Source of the DNA: Acidobacteriota bacterium
GTDB lineage: Bacteria; Acidobacteriota; Blastocatellia; Pyrinomonadales; Pyrinomonadaceae
Reading direction: 5' to 3'
Assembly: GCA_046726395.1 (NCBI GenBank)
Contig: JBKPAL010000145.1
Coordinates: forward strand, 1 to 61,189
DNA: 61,189 nucleotides
Made by a program: the position numbers and the translations under genes. Below the pieces are notes generated by a model, which made no database searches, had not been told where the DNA came from, and saw nothing but the letters and a program-made list of their open reading frames with translations. Below, piece by piece: positions 42,942-51,954 of the stretch (within the stretch, counting starts at the first letter, position 1; each line of letters begins with the position of its first letter).

Positions 42942-45254
42942 CTACTGTTTTTTAACTTTATGCACCGATCTTACGCGGCTCGGGGATTGTGGACCGCGAA
43001 CATCGTCGGCCGTGACTTTACCCTCCCGAACATGGACGGTCAAACGACCTCCCTCGGTGCTTCCCTGTTCAGCATCTTCAACACGAGCAGGGTTACCACG
43101 TAAGACTGCGACCTCGTCAGCGGTGGTGTACTGCACCCAGTCCCCGGTACCTTTTCTATTTGGTTGGGTGAGAACGACATTCCGTTGAGCGATCGTTTTC
43201 TCCATGTCACTCGTTTCTTTCAAGAGATAAACGTCCGCGATTCCGCTGGTGATGCGGTCCGTCCCTTGTTTGATATCCACGTTTCCTTCGTAGTGTAGCA
43301 GCCGGTTGGGATCTGAGTACGTCATCCAATCAGATGAAGCAAAGACCGGCACAGTCTCTTTTGCGCCTTGCGTTCTACGTTGCGCGTTGTACAAAGCGGT
43401 CTGCACGCGACCACTAGCATCCATCTTCTTTTCATTCACGTAGATCGTCAGCTTGTCTGCACGTACGAAGTTGTCATCCTGCCATCCGCGCGCGTTACCT
43501 GTGTACGTTGCCACGCCGTTCTCATGCTGGAACTCGCCTCGATCGCTACTGATGTAAACGGGACTCTTGACTTTGGTAAACGGAACAGCACCGTTGGTCT
43601 GTTCCTGACTGTAGTACGTGGTAGCAGTTTTGCCGCGGCTGTAAGAGACGTCGTTGCGAAAATCCGCATCGAGCTCAGTCGCTTTTGTGCGACCTCTTGA
43701 GTCCCATACCGTCGGCTCACCTCCGCGCAAACGAAGGGTGTCGTCGGCTGCTGTATAAGTCATCGCGGCCGCCGTTCCGTTCTTATCATTCTCATTGAAC
43801 TTGCTGTTGCCTTGCGCTTCGAACCGTTCCACGTCCTGTGTATCTCTCACGAAACTCGTGGTCATCTTTTCCGAAGTCAATGTACGCTTGGCTCGCTTGT
43901 CACTGGCCTGAATTGGATCGAGTACTGCTTTTGATCCACCTGTGGCCATGAAGGTTCGGGCAAGGTTACCGGATTCAAAGAAGTCACAATCGAAACGAGG
44001 AGCGGTTAGCGTTTTCGTGTCAGCTTGTGCGTTTTTGATGACCGGATCGACGAATAACTCTGCGTTACCTACAGCTTCGGCCTTCTCCAGATCGCGCCCG
44101 TTTGAACGCCATACCAATTTAACGGCATCCGCAGTCAGACGTTTGTTTGCTGCTTTCGGATCATTCGCCTTCGATTTCGGTGCCAGCATGTTGACGACGG
44201 AACGACCTTCAGTACGCATTTCCTTCAACAGACTGCGATCGTCCTGGGCCTGAAAATTCACCTCAACGAGACTCGCACCGGTCAATTGCATCTCCGCGTC
44301 AGAGTCCAGAGTTTGCGCTCGCGTGTCCTTCATCGCCACGCCCCGCTCGAGACGTTGGTCCTTATCGAGATAGAAATCCATATCCACCGAACGGACTTCA
44401 GCAGCGCGGCCCTCTTGCATTGATCGCAAATAGGCATTGCCACGAACTTCGAGCTTCTGCAAACGTTTCTCTTCGGTGATGAGAGCATTCAGCGCGTCAC
44501 CACTCAGGAGCTCTCGTTCCTGCTCAGCTGTTGCCCCGCCATAAAACGTCAGCTTCATCCACTGCTCTTCGAACAAGGCCTTCGCCGAACGAATAGTAAC
44601 TGGTCGCGACCGAGATGAAGCTTGTGCCTGCGGATCTTTGAGAGCTTCGGGCGCTACCACAATCACCACGTCTTTCAACAATTCCAGCTTTTTGTTCTTA
44701 GCTTCGACAATCGCTCCTGTCGCGCTGCCCGAGACATTTTCACGGTCGAAAGAAACAGGCGCGTCTGTTCGTGCTACTTCGCTTGTTTGATCGAATGACA
44801 GTGCATCGGTGCGGATCTTCAACGCGTCTTTCGTTTCAATCTTCACATTGCCGACAAATGAGATCACTTGGGTCCTTGGATCGTAGATAGCACGATCGGC
44901 ATTGATTTGATCGGGTGTCTTCCCCTCAGGGGGATATACGGCAAGGCTGACATTCTCGAGTTCGTGGTGATTATCGGAATAGGTGATGTCTCGAGAAGCT
45001 TTCAACAATAAATAGAGACGATCGTTTTTCGTGACGCTGTGTTCGTAACCTTCCATGATGCCGGTAATCTCTTTTGAGAGTTCCGGACTTTCTGACTTTA
45101 GACGGAAGGGTGTGTTGTTGCGAACTCGATAGTAAGAGATCGCGATAAACACAAGGCCCGCGAAGAGAATGAAGATAGCTGCATAGCGAGCTACGAGCGG
45201 AAATCGGGCCCGTAACTCGATAGCTACTGCTCTTCTTTTTGACAGTTCTTCCAT
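42942..45254 (-). CDS. Large LptC/LptA (OstA-like) multi-repeat periplasmic protein with N-terminal membrane anchor
   Basis: Has one N-terminal TM helix (AAIFILFAGLVFIAISYY), as LptC does. Several segments then recur with the OstA-like pattern (ADRAIYDPRTQVISFVGNVKIE; ADKLTIYVNEKKMDASGRVQT; SGIADVYLL...RNVVLTQ; GDWVQYTTADEVAVLRGNPARVED). Located immediately upstream of lptB. Confidence 0.6.
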   Translation of the reverse strand: MEELSKRRAVAIELRARFPLVARYAAIFILFAGLVFIAISYYRVRNNTPFRLKSESPELSKEITGIMEGYEHSVTKNDRLYLLLKASRDITYSDNHHELENVSLAVYPPEGKTPDQINADRAIYDPRTQVISFVGNVKIETKDALKIRTDALSFDQTSEVARTDAPVSFDRENVSGSATGAIVEAKNKKLELLKDVVIVVAPEALKDPQAQASSRSRPVTIRSAKALFEEQWMKLTFYGGATAEQERELLSGDALNALITEEKRLQKLEVRGNAYLRSMQEGRAAEVRSVDMDFYLDKDQRLERGVAMKDTRAQTLDSDAEMQLTGASLVEVNFQAQDDRSLLKEMRTEGRSVVNMLAPKSKANDPKAANKRLTADAVKLVWRSNGRDLEKAEAVGNAELFVDPVIKNAQADTKTLTAPRFDCDFFESGNLARTFMATGGSKAVLDPIQASDKRAKRTLTSEKMTTSFVRDTQDVERFEAQGNSKFNENDKNGTAAAMTYTAADDTLRLRGGEPTVWDSRGRTKATELDADFRNDVSYSRGKTATTYYSQEQTNGAVPFTKVKSPVYISSDRGEFQHENGVATYTGNARGWQDDNFVRADKLTIYVNEKKMDASGRVQTALYNAQRRTQGAKETVPVFASSDWMTYSDPNRLLHYEGNVDIKQGTDRITSGIADVYLLKETSDMEKTIAQRNVVLTQPNRKGTGDWVQYTTADEVAVLRGNPARVEDAEQGSTEGGRLTVHVREGKVTADDVRGPQSPSRVRSVHKVKKQ

Positions 45255-45454
45255 CAGCCTGGCTTGCGGTCAATTCGACGGCAATGTGCGTGAGCCGATT
45301 CGATGCTCCTGTTAGATATCGGAGTTCGCTTGATTCCGAACACGGCTTCACATACTGCTCCCTAATTACACGCGGCTCAGACACAATTAGCAAGTCTGAT
45401 GAAAGGTATTACAAGCTGTAATGGAGAACGATGCGAGTTAAAGAGTTCAATTTC

Positions 45455-45524
45455 GTGATGTTTCGTGTGAACTTCGTGGATCGGTTCGCCGCGGAACGAT
45501 CCACGAAATCACGCGAAACATCAC
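45455..45524. repeat. Word-type hairpin (TTTCGTG / TTCGTGGATCG family)
   Basis: GTGATGTTTCGTGTGAACTTCGTGGATCG faces CGATCCACGAAATCACGCGAAACATCAC (1 mismatch, 1 indel). The same TTCGTGGATCG...CGATCCAC core forms the innermost module of 46878-47122. Confidence 0.75.
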
Positions 45525-45528
45525 TAAC

Positions 45529-45921
45529 TCAGGCAGGCCACTCTGCAAACCAGCCATCCGGGTGCAGCAGCTTCACCCCGATTCGCACCTTACCATCTAG
45601 CTGATCGTTCCAAACTCCATTCACCTGCGCCTCGAGCCTACCGCCAAATGGGGACAACAGTGTCACCATTGAACCCACGACGACGTCAGCATCCAGAATT
45701 ATCGTAGCTCCCCCACGACTAATCTTGATCGCCTGGGCCTTTACGGAAAACGGAGCGCCAGCAGCGTTCTTTCCTTCAACATCGAGTGAGAACTCAACCG
45801 GCACACGAGGGTTACGTGGCCGTTGCGAAGGTGTGCTCACAGTAATCGGATCTTTCTCGTTCATAATGCCTCTTACAATTTTGAGTCGATTTATGGCCGG
45901 AGAGGTTTGAGGGGCCGGCAT
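45529..45921 (-). CDS. PilZ-like domain protein (degenerate c-di-GMP motifs)
   Basis: QRPRNPRVPVEF and KISRGGATI sit at the positions of the RxxxR and (D/N)xSxxG motifs, but neither fits strictly. The likely true start is the internal Met at 45864. Confidence 0.5.
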   Translation of the reverse strand: MPAPQTSPAINRLKIVRGIMNEKDPITVSTPSQRPRNPRVPVEFSLDVEGKNAAGAPFSVKAQAIKISRGGATIILDADVVVGSMVTLLSPFGGRLEAQVNGVWNDQLDGKVRIGVKLLHPDGWFAEWPA

Positions 45922-45986
45922 TCAGTTTACCCGAACCGGAAGGCTCCTGGTAGCTTTTTATCTGAACCCCTTGGCAGAGGCAAACT

Positions 45987-46868
45987 TTAGTTGATAGTGG
46001 CAGCCAGATAGCCGGTTGCCAGAGCAATGATAATCAAGCCGCCAACTAACAGCCGATAGCCTATAAAAATACCGGTTGAGTGGGTACGGAGGAACCGCAG
46101 AAGGAACCAAATCGAGGCATAACCCACCACGCCCGAAACGACCGTTGCCACAAACAACGGACCGTAACTGCCAGCCGGCAGTTTGGTAATAGCCTCCTTA
46201 AGCTCAAGCAGGCCACTGGCAGCAATCGCAGGAATGGACAGAAGAAATGAGAACCGTGCCGCCGTTTCGCGAGTCTCTCCAGCGAACAGGCCTCCCATGA
46301 TGGTTGACCCAGATCTGCTCGATCCAGGAATAAGGGCCAAGCACTGCGCGGAACCTACTGCCAGCGCGTCCCGAATTCCCAACTGATCCATGTTTCGTTC
46401 GCGCTTCCCAACCCACTCAGCGAGGGCCAGCAAAAGGGCGACGACAATCATCATCGTGGCAATGACCCAAAGGTTCTTGGTGAACGTACCCTCAATCTGT
46501 TTCTTGAAGAGCAGTCCCACGATGCCGACGGGAAGTGATCCAATGATAATCAACCACCCGACCCATGCCTCTTGAGAAAGCGTGCCGGCGCCACCGTCTC
46601 TTCTCTTTAATAATCGAATATGGTCGCTGACAAAAGCTTTCGTAATGGCAACGATGTCCGGAGCAAAATAGATGAGTACGGCTAGCAACGTCCCCAATTG
46701 TATGACTGCGATCGTAGCCGTGGTTTGCTCTGCCTTGAGCGTTGTTTCGAATCCGTCGTAGAGGCCCACTGCACGTGCTGCAAACACGAGATGAGCGGTT
46801 GAACTGACGGGGATGAATTCGGTGAGGCCTTGGACGATGCCGAGCACAATAGCTTGGAAAAGAGTCAT
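45987..46868 (-). CDS. uppP: Undecaprenyl-diphosphate phosphatase
   Basis: The N-terminal QGLTEFIPVSSTAHL and the central PGSSRSGSTI motifs of BacA/UppP are present. Confidence 0.93.
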   Translation of the reverse strand: MTLFQAIVLGIVQGLTEFIPVSSTAHLVFAARAVGLYDGFETTLKAEQTTATIAVIQLGTLLAVLIYFAPDIVAITKAFVSDHIRLLKRRDGGAGTLSQEAWVGWLIIIGSLPVGIVGLLFKKQIEGTFTKNLWVIATMMIVVALLLALAEWVGKRERNMDQLGIRDALAVGSAQCLALIPGSSRSGSTIMGGLFAGETRETAARFSFLLSIPAIAASGLLELKEAITKLPAGSYGPLFVATVVSGVVGYASIWFLLRFLRTHSTGIFIGYRLLVGGLIIIALATGYLAATIN

Positions 46869-46877
46869 ATAAGCAGA

Positions 46878-47122
46878 GGGTCTTAGGTTTTAGGTCTTGG
46901 GTCTTAGTCAGTTATCCGTGGTCCGTTGTCCGTTGATGATTGTCTGTGGTCGGTTGTTTCTTTGATAGCCATTAGTAACGATCTGATTATTTCGTGTTGG
47001 TTCGTGTAGTTTCGTGGATCGTCTTTTGGGTTTGCGATCCACTAAGTTACACGAAAAACTACGAACCTCCACCGCCAAGGACCACGAACGACGGACTACG
47101 GACAAATCCCAAGACCAAAGAT
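46878..47122. repeat. Three-layer nested word-hairpin (GGTCTTRG / GTCCGTWG / TTCGTG modules)
   Basis: The left half reads GGGTCTTAGGTTTTAGGTCTTGGGTCTTAG...CCGTGGTCCGTTGTCCGTTG...TTCGTGTTGGTTCGTGTAGTTTCGTGGATCG. It is mirrored by CGATCCAC...ACACGAAAAACTACGAACC...GACCACGAACGACGGACTACGGACAAATCCCAAGACCAAAGATC. Confidence 0.8.
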
Positions 47123-47126
47123 CGTT

Positions 47127-47900
47127 TTATTCTCGAAACGAATTCCTTCGCGAGATCCAATCGTACATTGAATTGGGCATGATCAGGCCGGCCCGGACTA
47201 TGCTGGCAAGCTGCCATGGAAAAGCGGCAGACTTCTTCCGACGCTCGATAATTTCCACAATCTTTTGAACAGCATCATCAAGCTCCATCAGAAACGGCAT
47301 CTGTGCACGTCGTCCCGCCGTTGACGGAGTCTTGATGAACCCCGGATGAATTATCGTGACGTCGATTCCTCTCGGTTGAAGATCCAAACGAAGGCTTTCA
47401 AAGAAGGCTGATACTGCCGCTTTGCTGGCGCAGTAGGCTGCCGACTTGGGCAAACCACGATAAGCAGCAAGACTGGAGATCACGACCAGATGTCCCTGAC
47501 CACATGAAATCATTCCCGGAACCACAGCGGCGACACTATTAACTGCACCGAGAACGTTAACCTTGATGACTTTCGCAACCTCGTCGGGATTGAGGTCGGC
47601 CGCGTCCGTTGTAGTTATGAGGCCTGCGTTAGCGATGAGTAGATCAATTGGCCCACCCTCATTCCGCAACTTCTCGGCCGACGCTTTTATCGAATTCGCA
47701 TCTTGAACGTCACCAGGAAGAGCAAATGCTTTTCCGCCACCCGATTCGATCTCATTCACAATCTCGCGGAGAGCCTCAGCTCTACGGGCGACCAAACCAA
47801 CCGTCCCGCCGCGCTTGCCAAATTCAACTGCGAGACCTCGTCCAATACCTGACGAGGCACCCGTGATCAGTACCACTTTATCTCGCCAAGACTGTTGCAC
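47127..47900 (-). CDS. Short-chain dehydrogenase/reductase (SDR) family oxidoreductase
   Basis: Has the cofactor motif TGASSGIG, the NAG motif and the catalytic YCASKAA. Confidence 0.9.
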   Translation of the reverse strand: MQQSWRDKVVLITGASSGIGRGLAVEFGKRGGTVGLVARRAEALREIVNEIESGGGKAFALPGDVQDANSIKASAEKLRNEGGPIDLLIANAGLITTTDAADLNPDEVAKVIKVNVLGAVNSVAAVVPGMISCGQGHLVVISSLAAYRGLPKSAAYCASKAAVSAFFESLRLDLQPRGIDVTIIHPGFIKTPSTAGRRAQMPFLMELDDAVQKIVEIIERRKKSAAFPWQLASIVRAGLIMPNSMYDWISRRNSFRE

Positions 47901-49582
47901 TACCGATTCCTCGTGTCCAACTCTACCTGGCTGATGACCGGCAGGATCACCGGTTTCGCTCCCGTGATCTTCTGGATGAACCGTTTGAGTTCTAATCGAA
48001 CGTGTTCTTTCAAGAGACTCTCATCGCGCAATGTTTCTCGTGAGGCACCGGCTATCGCAGCTGCGACGATGCGTTGCGCGTCCTTCAATAAACCATTTTC
48101 AGAATCGAAACCACGAACGCCGCGAGCAACAATCTCAGGCGGTGATTGCAACTCGCCGGTCTGAGCGTCGATGACCAACAGCAGCGTCACTACACCTTCG
48201 TAAGCAAGTTGCTTCCGCTGCCGCACAGTTTCGCTGTCGATTTCTTCGAACCCGGTGTCATCAACGAACGTTCGACCAATTTCACGCCGGCCGACGACTG
48301 CCGCACGCTCGCCGTCTAGTTCCAACACATCCCCATTCTCAATAAGGATGATGTTCGACTCCGGATAACCCAGATGATTCCTGATGAACTCCTTGTGCCG
48401 AAACAGCATGCGATATTCGCCGTGAATGGGCACAACGAATTTCGGTCTTACTGCTTCAGTCATGATGCGGATGTCTTCCTGCGACGCATGGCCGCTTACG
48501 TGGACCAAACGTCGTTTCTCTTCGATGATGTTTGCTCCGCGTTTGTATATGAACCCAATCATTCGAGAAATCAGTCTCTCGTTGCCAGGGATAATTCGTG
48601 CAGACAGTACGACGGTATCGCCTTCTTCGATCGTAAGACCTTTATAACTTTGCGTCGCCATCTGTCCGAGTGCAGCTCGAGCTTCACCTTGCGATCCGGT
48701 TACCAGGAACACGATCTCCCGATCGAGCATCTGCTTTGCTTCATTTAGTGAGACGAGCAGACCATCCGGAATGTCCAGGTAGCCCAATCGATCGCTAACC
48801 TCGACGTTCTTCTGCATCGAACGGCCCAGCACACAGACCTTGCGATTGAACTGCTGGGCCACATCCAAAACGATCTGCAACCGATGGATCGATGACGCAA
48901 AAGCTGCGACGATAATTCTTCCGCTCGCCTCGGCAAAGATCTCTTCGAAGGCAGGGATTACCGCCCTCTCGGATGGCGTGCGACCCGGGACTGTGGCATT
49001 GGTGGAATCAGAGAGCAGCGCCAACACACCTTCCTGACCGTAACGACGAAACGAACGTAAATCGATCGGCTCACCGATTACTGGAGTTTCGTCAACCTTG
49101 TAATCTCCTGTGTGGATGATCGTTCCAACGGGCGTCTTGATAGCGAGCGAAAAACAATCGACCAGGGAATGAGACACGCGGATGAATTCGACCGTGAAAA
49201 CTCCGATGTCGACCACATCGCGCGGTGCGACACGGTGGATCAGCGTGTCTCCAGTGAGCTCATGCTCCTCGAGCTTGCTTTCAGCTAATCCAGCAGTGAA
49301 GTGAGAACAATAAACGGGAACGTTGAACTTCTTCAGAATGTACGGTAGGGCACCGAGGTGGTCTTCGTGACCATGCGTTAAGACTATCGCAGTGATGTGG
49401 TCACGATACTCTTCGAGAAAGTCGAAATCAGGAATGCAAACGTCAACGCCATACGCGGTTTCTTCCGGAAAACCCATGCCGGCGTCAAGGATGAGCATCT
49501 CGTCCTCATAACGCACAGCCATACAATTCATTCCAAACTCGCCGATACCGCCGAGCGGAATAATCTCTAACACACTACTCAC
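47900..49582 (-). CDS. rnj: Ribonuclease J (beta-CASP metallo-beta-lactamase RNase)
   Basis: Has THGHEDHLGALPY (HxHxDH). The N-terminal IPLGGIGEFGMNCM, beta-CASP blocks and a C-terminal domain are present. 560 aa. Confidence 0.92.
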   Translation of the reverse strand: MSSVLEIIPLGGIGEFGMNCMAVRYEDEMLILDAGMGFPEETAYGVDVCIPDFDFLEEYRDHITAIVLTHGHEDHLGALPYILKKFNVPVYCSHFTAGLAESKLEEHELTGDTLIHRVAPRDVVDIGVFTVEFIRVSHSLVDCFSLAIKTPVGTIIHTGDYKVDETPVIGEPIDLRSFRRYGQEGVLALLSDSTNATVPGRTPSERAVIPAFEEIFAEASGRIIVAAFASSIHRLQIVLDVAQQFNRKVCVLGRSMQKNVEVSDRLGYLDIPDGLLVSLNEAKQMLDREIVFLVTGSQGEARAALGQMATQSYKGLTIEEGDTVVLSARIIPGNERLISRMIGFIYKRGANIIEEKRRLVHVSGHASQEDIRIMTEAVRPKFVVPIHGEYRMLFRHKEFIRNHLGYPESNIILIENGDVLELDGERAAVVGRREIGRTFVDDTGFEEIDSETVRQRKQLAYEGVVTLLLVIDAQTGELQSPPEIVARGVRGFDSENGLLKDAQRIVAAAIAGASRETLRDESLLKEHVRLELKRFIQKITGAKPVILPVISQVELDTRNR

Positions 49583-49877
49583 TGTCTACGTTTTCTCGAC
49601 TCTCAAAACTGCGCTGAAGTTTGATCTGAGGGCTGCAAAAAAGTCCAAAACTTAACGTTGAGTATAACACAAGCACTCCGACCATCTTGTTCGTCGTCTC
49701 GGTCCTTGCTTATGATCTCAAGCGCACACCGTAGATTCACGGATTGCTCTAAATCGAGGTAATTGCGCACAATGGTGTATAGAAGCCGCAATCTTCTGAC
49801 CCGAAAACCACGTCACACACCCGCGGGTCAACAAGCAAAAGAGACATATCAAGTGTTAACGTAATGGAGGAGTTCCT

Positions 49878-50204
49878 GTGAGCGACGAACGTAGAAATCA
49901 AAGACGCGTACCCTTTTTGATAGAGGTCATTTGGGACGGTCCAACCGGAAAGCATGAAGCACGGACCAGTGATATCAGTCTCGGTGGTTGCTTCGTCGAT
50001 GCCGTTTCTCAGGCGACCGTTGGCGAAACGATTGATTTTAAGATGTCGCTGCCATCCGGCGATTGGATGGAAATTACTGGCGAAGTAACCTATGTTGCGG
50101 AAAGCATCGGTTTTGGGATTCGCTTCACTGAATGCTCCCCAGAGAACCAGAAGAAGCTCGAGTGGCTTGTCAAAGCCGCAGAGTTTCGCGAAAAAGGTCA
50201 ATGA
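49878..50204 (+). CDS. Stand-alone PilZ domain protein
   Basis: Canonical RRNQRR (RxxxR) and DISLGGCF (DxSxxG) motifs are present. GGAGG RBS before a GTG start. Confidence 0.75.
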   Translation: MSDERRNQRRVPFLIEVIWDGPTGKHEARTSDISLGGCFVDAVSQATVGETIDFKMSLPSGDWMEITGEVTYVAESIGFGIRFTECSPENQKKLEWLVKAAEFREKGQ

Positions 50205-50238
50205 AATCGCTACTCCCTTCACTACCTGACTAAAAAAC

Positions 50239-51627
50239 ATGAAGCTCATCGCTGTAATTCTGTTTCTGACGATTGCTCCGTGCATTCTCGCTGCACCGGA
50301 AACCATGCGGCTTGACTACTACCACTCCGGTAATGCCAAGCAGGAGATGTTCAGCATCGATCGCGTACTCATCGAACCTTTACCATGGCCCGGGAACACT
50401 GCGAAGAACATCGATAACAGTAATCTCGGCAAATATCTGTTTGAAGTTAAGGACCAGGGCACGCAACGGCTTCTCTACTCGCGTGGCTTTGCATCAATTT
50501 ACGGCGAGTGGGAAACGACGGATGAAGCTTCGAAAATAGCCCGCTCGTTTCATGAGTCCCTGCGCTTCCCTGCTCCAACCGCACCCGTGGAGGTCATTCT
50601 CAAAAAGCGAGATGCGAAAAATGTCTTCCAGCAGATTTGGAGTATCACCGTAGATCCCAAAGATATCTTTATTGATCGCTCAAAAACCGCTTCGCCGGCG
50701 CCGTTGATAACCATCCAGAAGATGGGCGAACCAGAAACGAAGGTCGACTTTCTAATTCTTGGAGATGGTTACACAACAGATGAGATCAAGAAATTCGAAG
50801 CGGACGCACGTCGCCTAACAGAAGCGCTGTTCGCAACGTCGCCTTTTAAGGAGCGTCGGAAGGATTTCAATGTGTGGGCCATTTGTCCTCCCGCGCGAGA
50901 AAGCGGAATTTCGCGACCGTCGACAGGTGTCTATCGTGATTCGCCGCTGGGTGCCACATACGACGCCTTTGGATCAGAACGCTACGTCCTGACTTTCGAT
51001 AATCGTGCGGTCCGCAAGGTAGCCGCCCACGCTCCTTATGAGTTCATCGAAATCTTAGCGAACAATCGCACGTACGGCGGCGGCGGAATCTTCAACCTCT
51101 ACAGTACTGTTGCCGTAGACAATGCCTGGGCCAACTACGTCTTCGTTCATGAGTTCGGTCATCACTTCGCCGGATTAGCAGACGAGTACTACACTTCACC
51201 GGTGGCTTACCTTCCCGCAACGGAGCGGATCGAGCCTTGGGAGCCAAATGCTACTGCCTTGCTCGACCCTTCAAATCTGAAGTGGAAAGATCTTGTTTCT
51301 TCCGGTACACCGATTCCGACTCCATGGAACAAGGAAGCATTCGAGACCTATTCACGCGAGATTCAAAAACGACGCGCTGAACTGCGTAAGAACAAGCGAC
51401 CAGAAAGCGAGATGGAAGCCCTCTTTGCCGAAGAGTTGAAGCACGAATCGGAAATGTTTGCGGCTGAAAAATTCGCTGGACGTGTAGGAGCTTTCGAAGG
51501 CGCGCTCTATGAGTCTCGAGGCTATTATCGTCCACAGGTGGACTGCATAATGTTCTCGCGCACAAATTTTTTCTGTGCAGTGTGTCGCCAAGCCATCGAG
51601 CGTGTAATAGATATGTATTCGGGGTGA
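50239..51627 (+). CDS. Secreted M64 (IgA peptidase-like) family metallopeptidase
   Basis: Has a signal peptide and the HEFGHHFAGLADEY zinc motif. The preceding GGGGIFN block is typical of peptidase M64. Confidence 0.85.
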   Translation: MKLIAVILFLTIAPCILAAPETMRLDYYHSGNAKQEMFSIDRVLIEPLPWPGNTAKNIDNSNLGKYLFEVKDQGTQRLLYSRGFASIYGEWETTDEASKIARSFHESLRFPAPTAPVEVILKKRDAKNVFQQIWSITVDPKDIFIDRSKTASPAPLITIQKMGEPETKVDFLILGDGYTTDEIKKFEADARRLTEALFATSPFKERRKDFNVWAICPPARESGISRPSTGVYRDSPLGATYDAFGSERYVLTFDNRAVRKVAAHAPYEFIEILANNRTYGGGGIFNLYSTVAVDNAWANYVFVHEFGHHFAGLADEYYTSPVAYLPATERIEPWEPNATALLDPSNLKWKDLVSSGTPIPTPWNKEAFETYSREIQKRRAELRKNKRPESEMEALFAEELKHESEMFAAEKFAGRVGAFEGALYESRGYYRPQVDCIMFSRTNFFCAVCRQAIERVIDMYSG

Positions 51628-51661
51628 ACAGAATTGGTCAGCACCTCCCGCGGTAGATGCT

Positions 51662-51872
51662 GTGTGAAAACCTCGAAGCTCGAACGCAACCAAACTTGAG
51701 CGGGGGTAAACCGCCCTTCCCAACTATGAGACTTTCAGACTTGTGTGTGATCCGGCGCTTGAAAACCATTCAACGTCAGTTGTAGGCGCTCAAGTTTGAA
51801 AGTCTCATAGTTGGGAAGGGCGGTTTACCCCCGCTCAAGGTTCGTTGCGTTCGAGCTTCGAGGTTTTCACAC
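51662..51872. repeat. 211-nt MITE-like element with ~78-nt near-perfect terminal inverted repeats
   Basis: GTGTGAAAACCTCGAAGCTCGAACGCAACCAAACTTGAGCGGGGGTAAACCGCCCTTCCCAACTATGAGACTTTCAGA (from 51662) is mirrored, with about 3 differences, by the arm ending at 51872. The core CTTGAGCGGGGGTAAACCGCCCTTCC is shared with 55202-55354. Confidence 0.88.
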
Positions 51873-51954
51873 GATCTCCGTAGCGCATGGTATGTGACGC
51901 CTTATCAGTCTTATCCATGTTCATCTGTGGCCGATGGTTTAAAGGTACAACACG

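Noticed and set aside
46908-47268. ORFs 46908-47105(-), 46994-47182(+) and 47014-47268(+)
   Set aside because: They lie inside the nested palindrome, have low-complexity translations, and the last one overlaps the 3' end of the SDR gene. There are no RBS or family features.
49583-49877. c-di-GMP riboswitch (GEMM) upstream of the PilZ gene
   Set aside because: No GEMM-like conserved segments (GCAAA..GAAAG..ACGCAAAGCC) were seen in the 295-nt spacer.
49749-50306. 185-aa minus-strand ORF
   Set aside because: It fully overlaps, antisense, the canonical PilZ gene (which has a good RBS and motifs) and the start of the M64 peptidase gene. Its translation has no family features. It is a shadow ORF.
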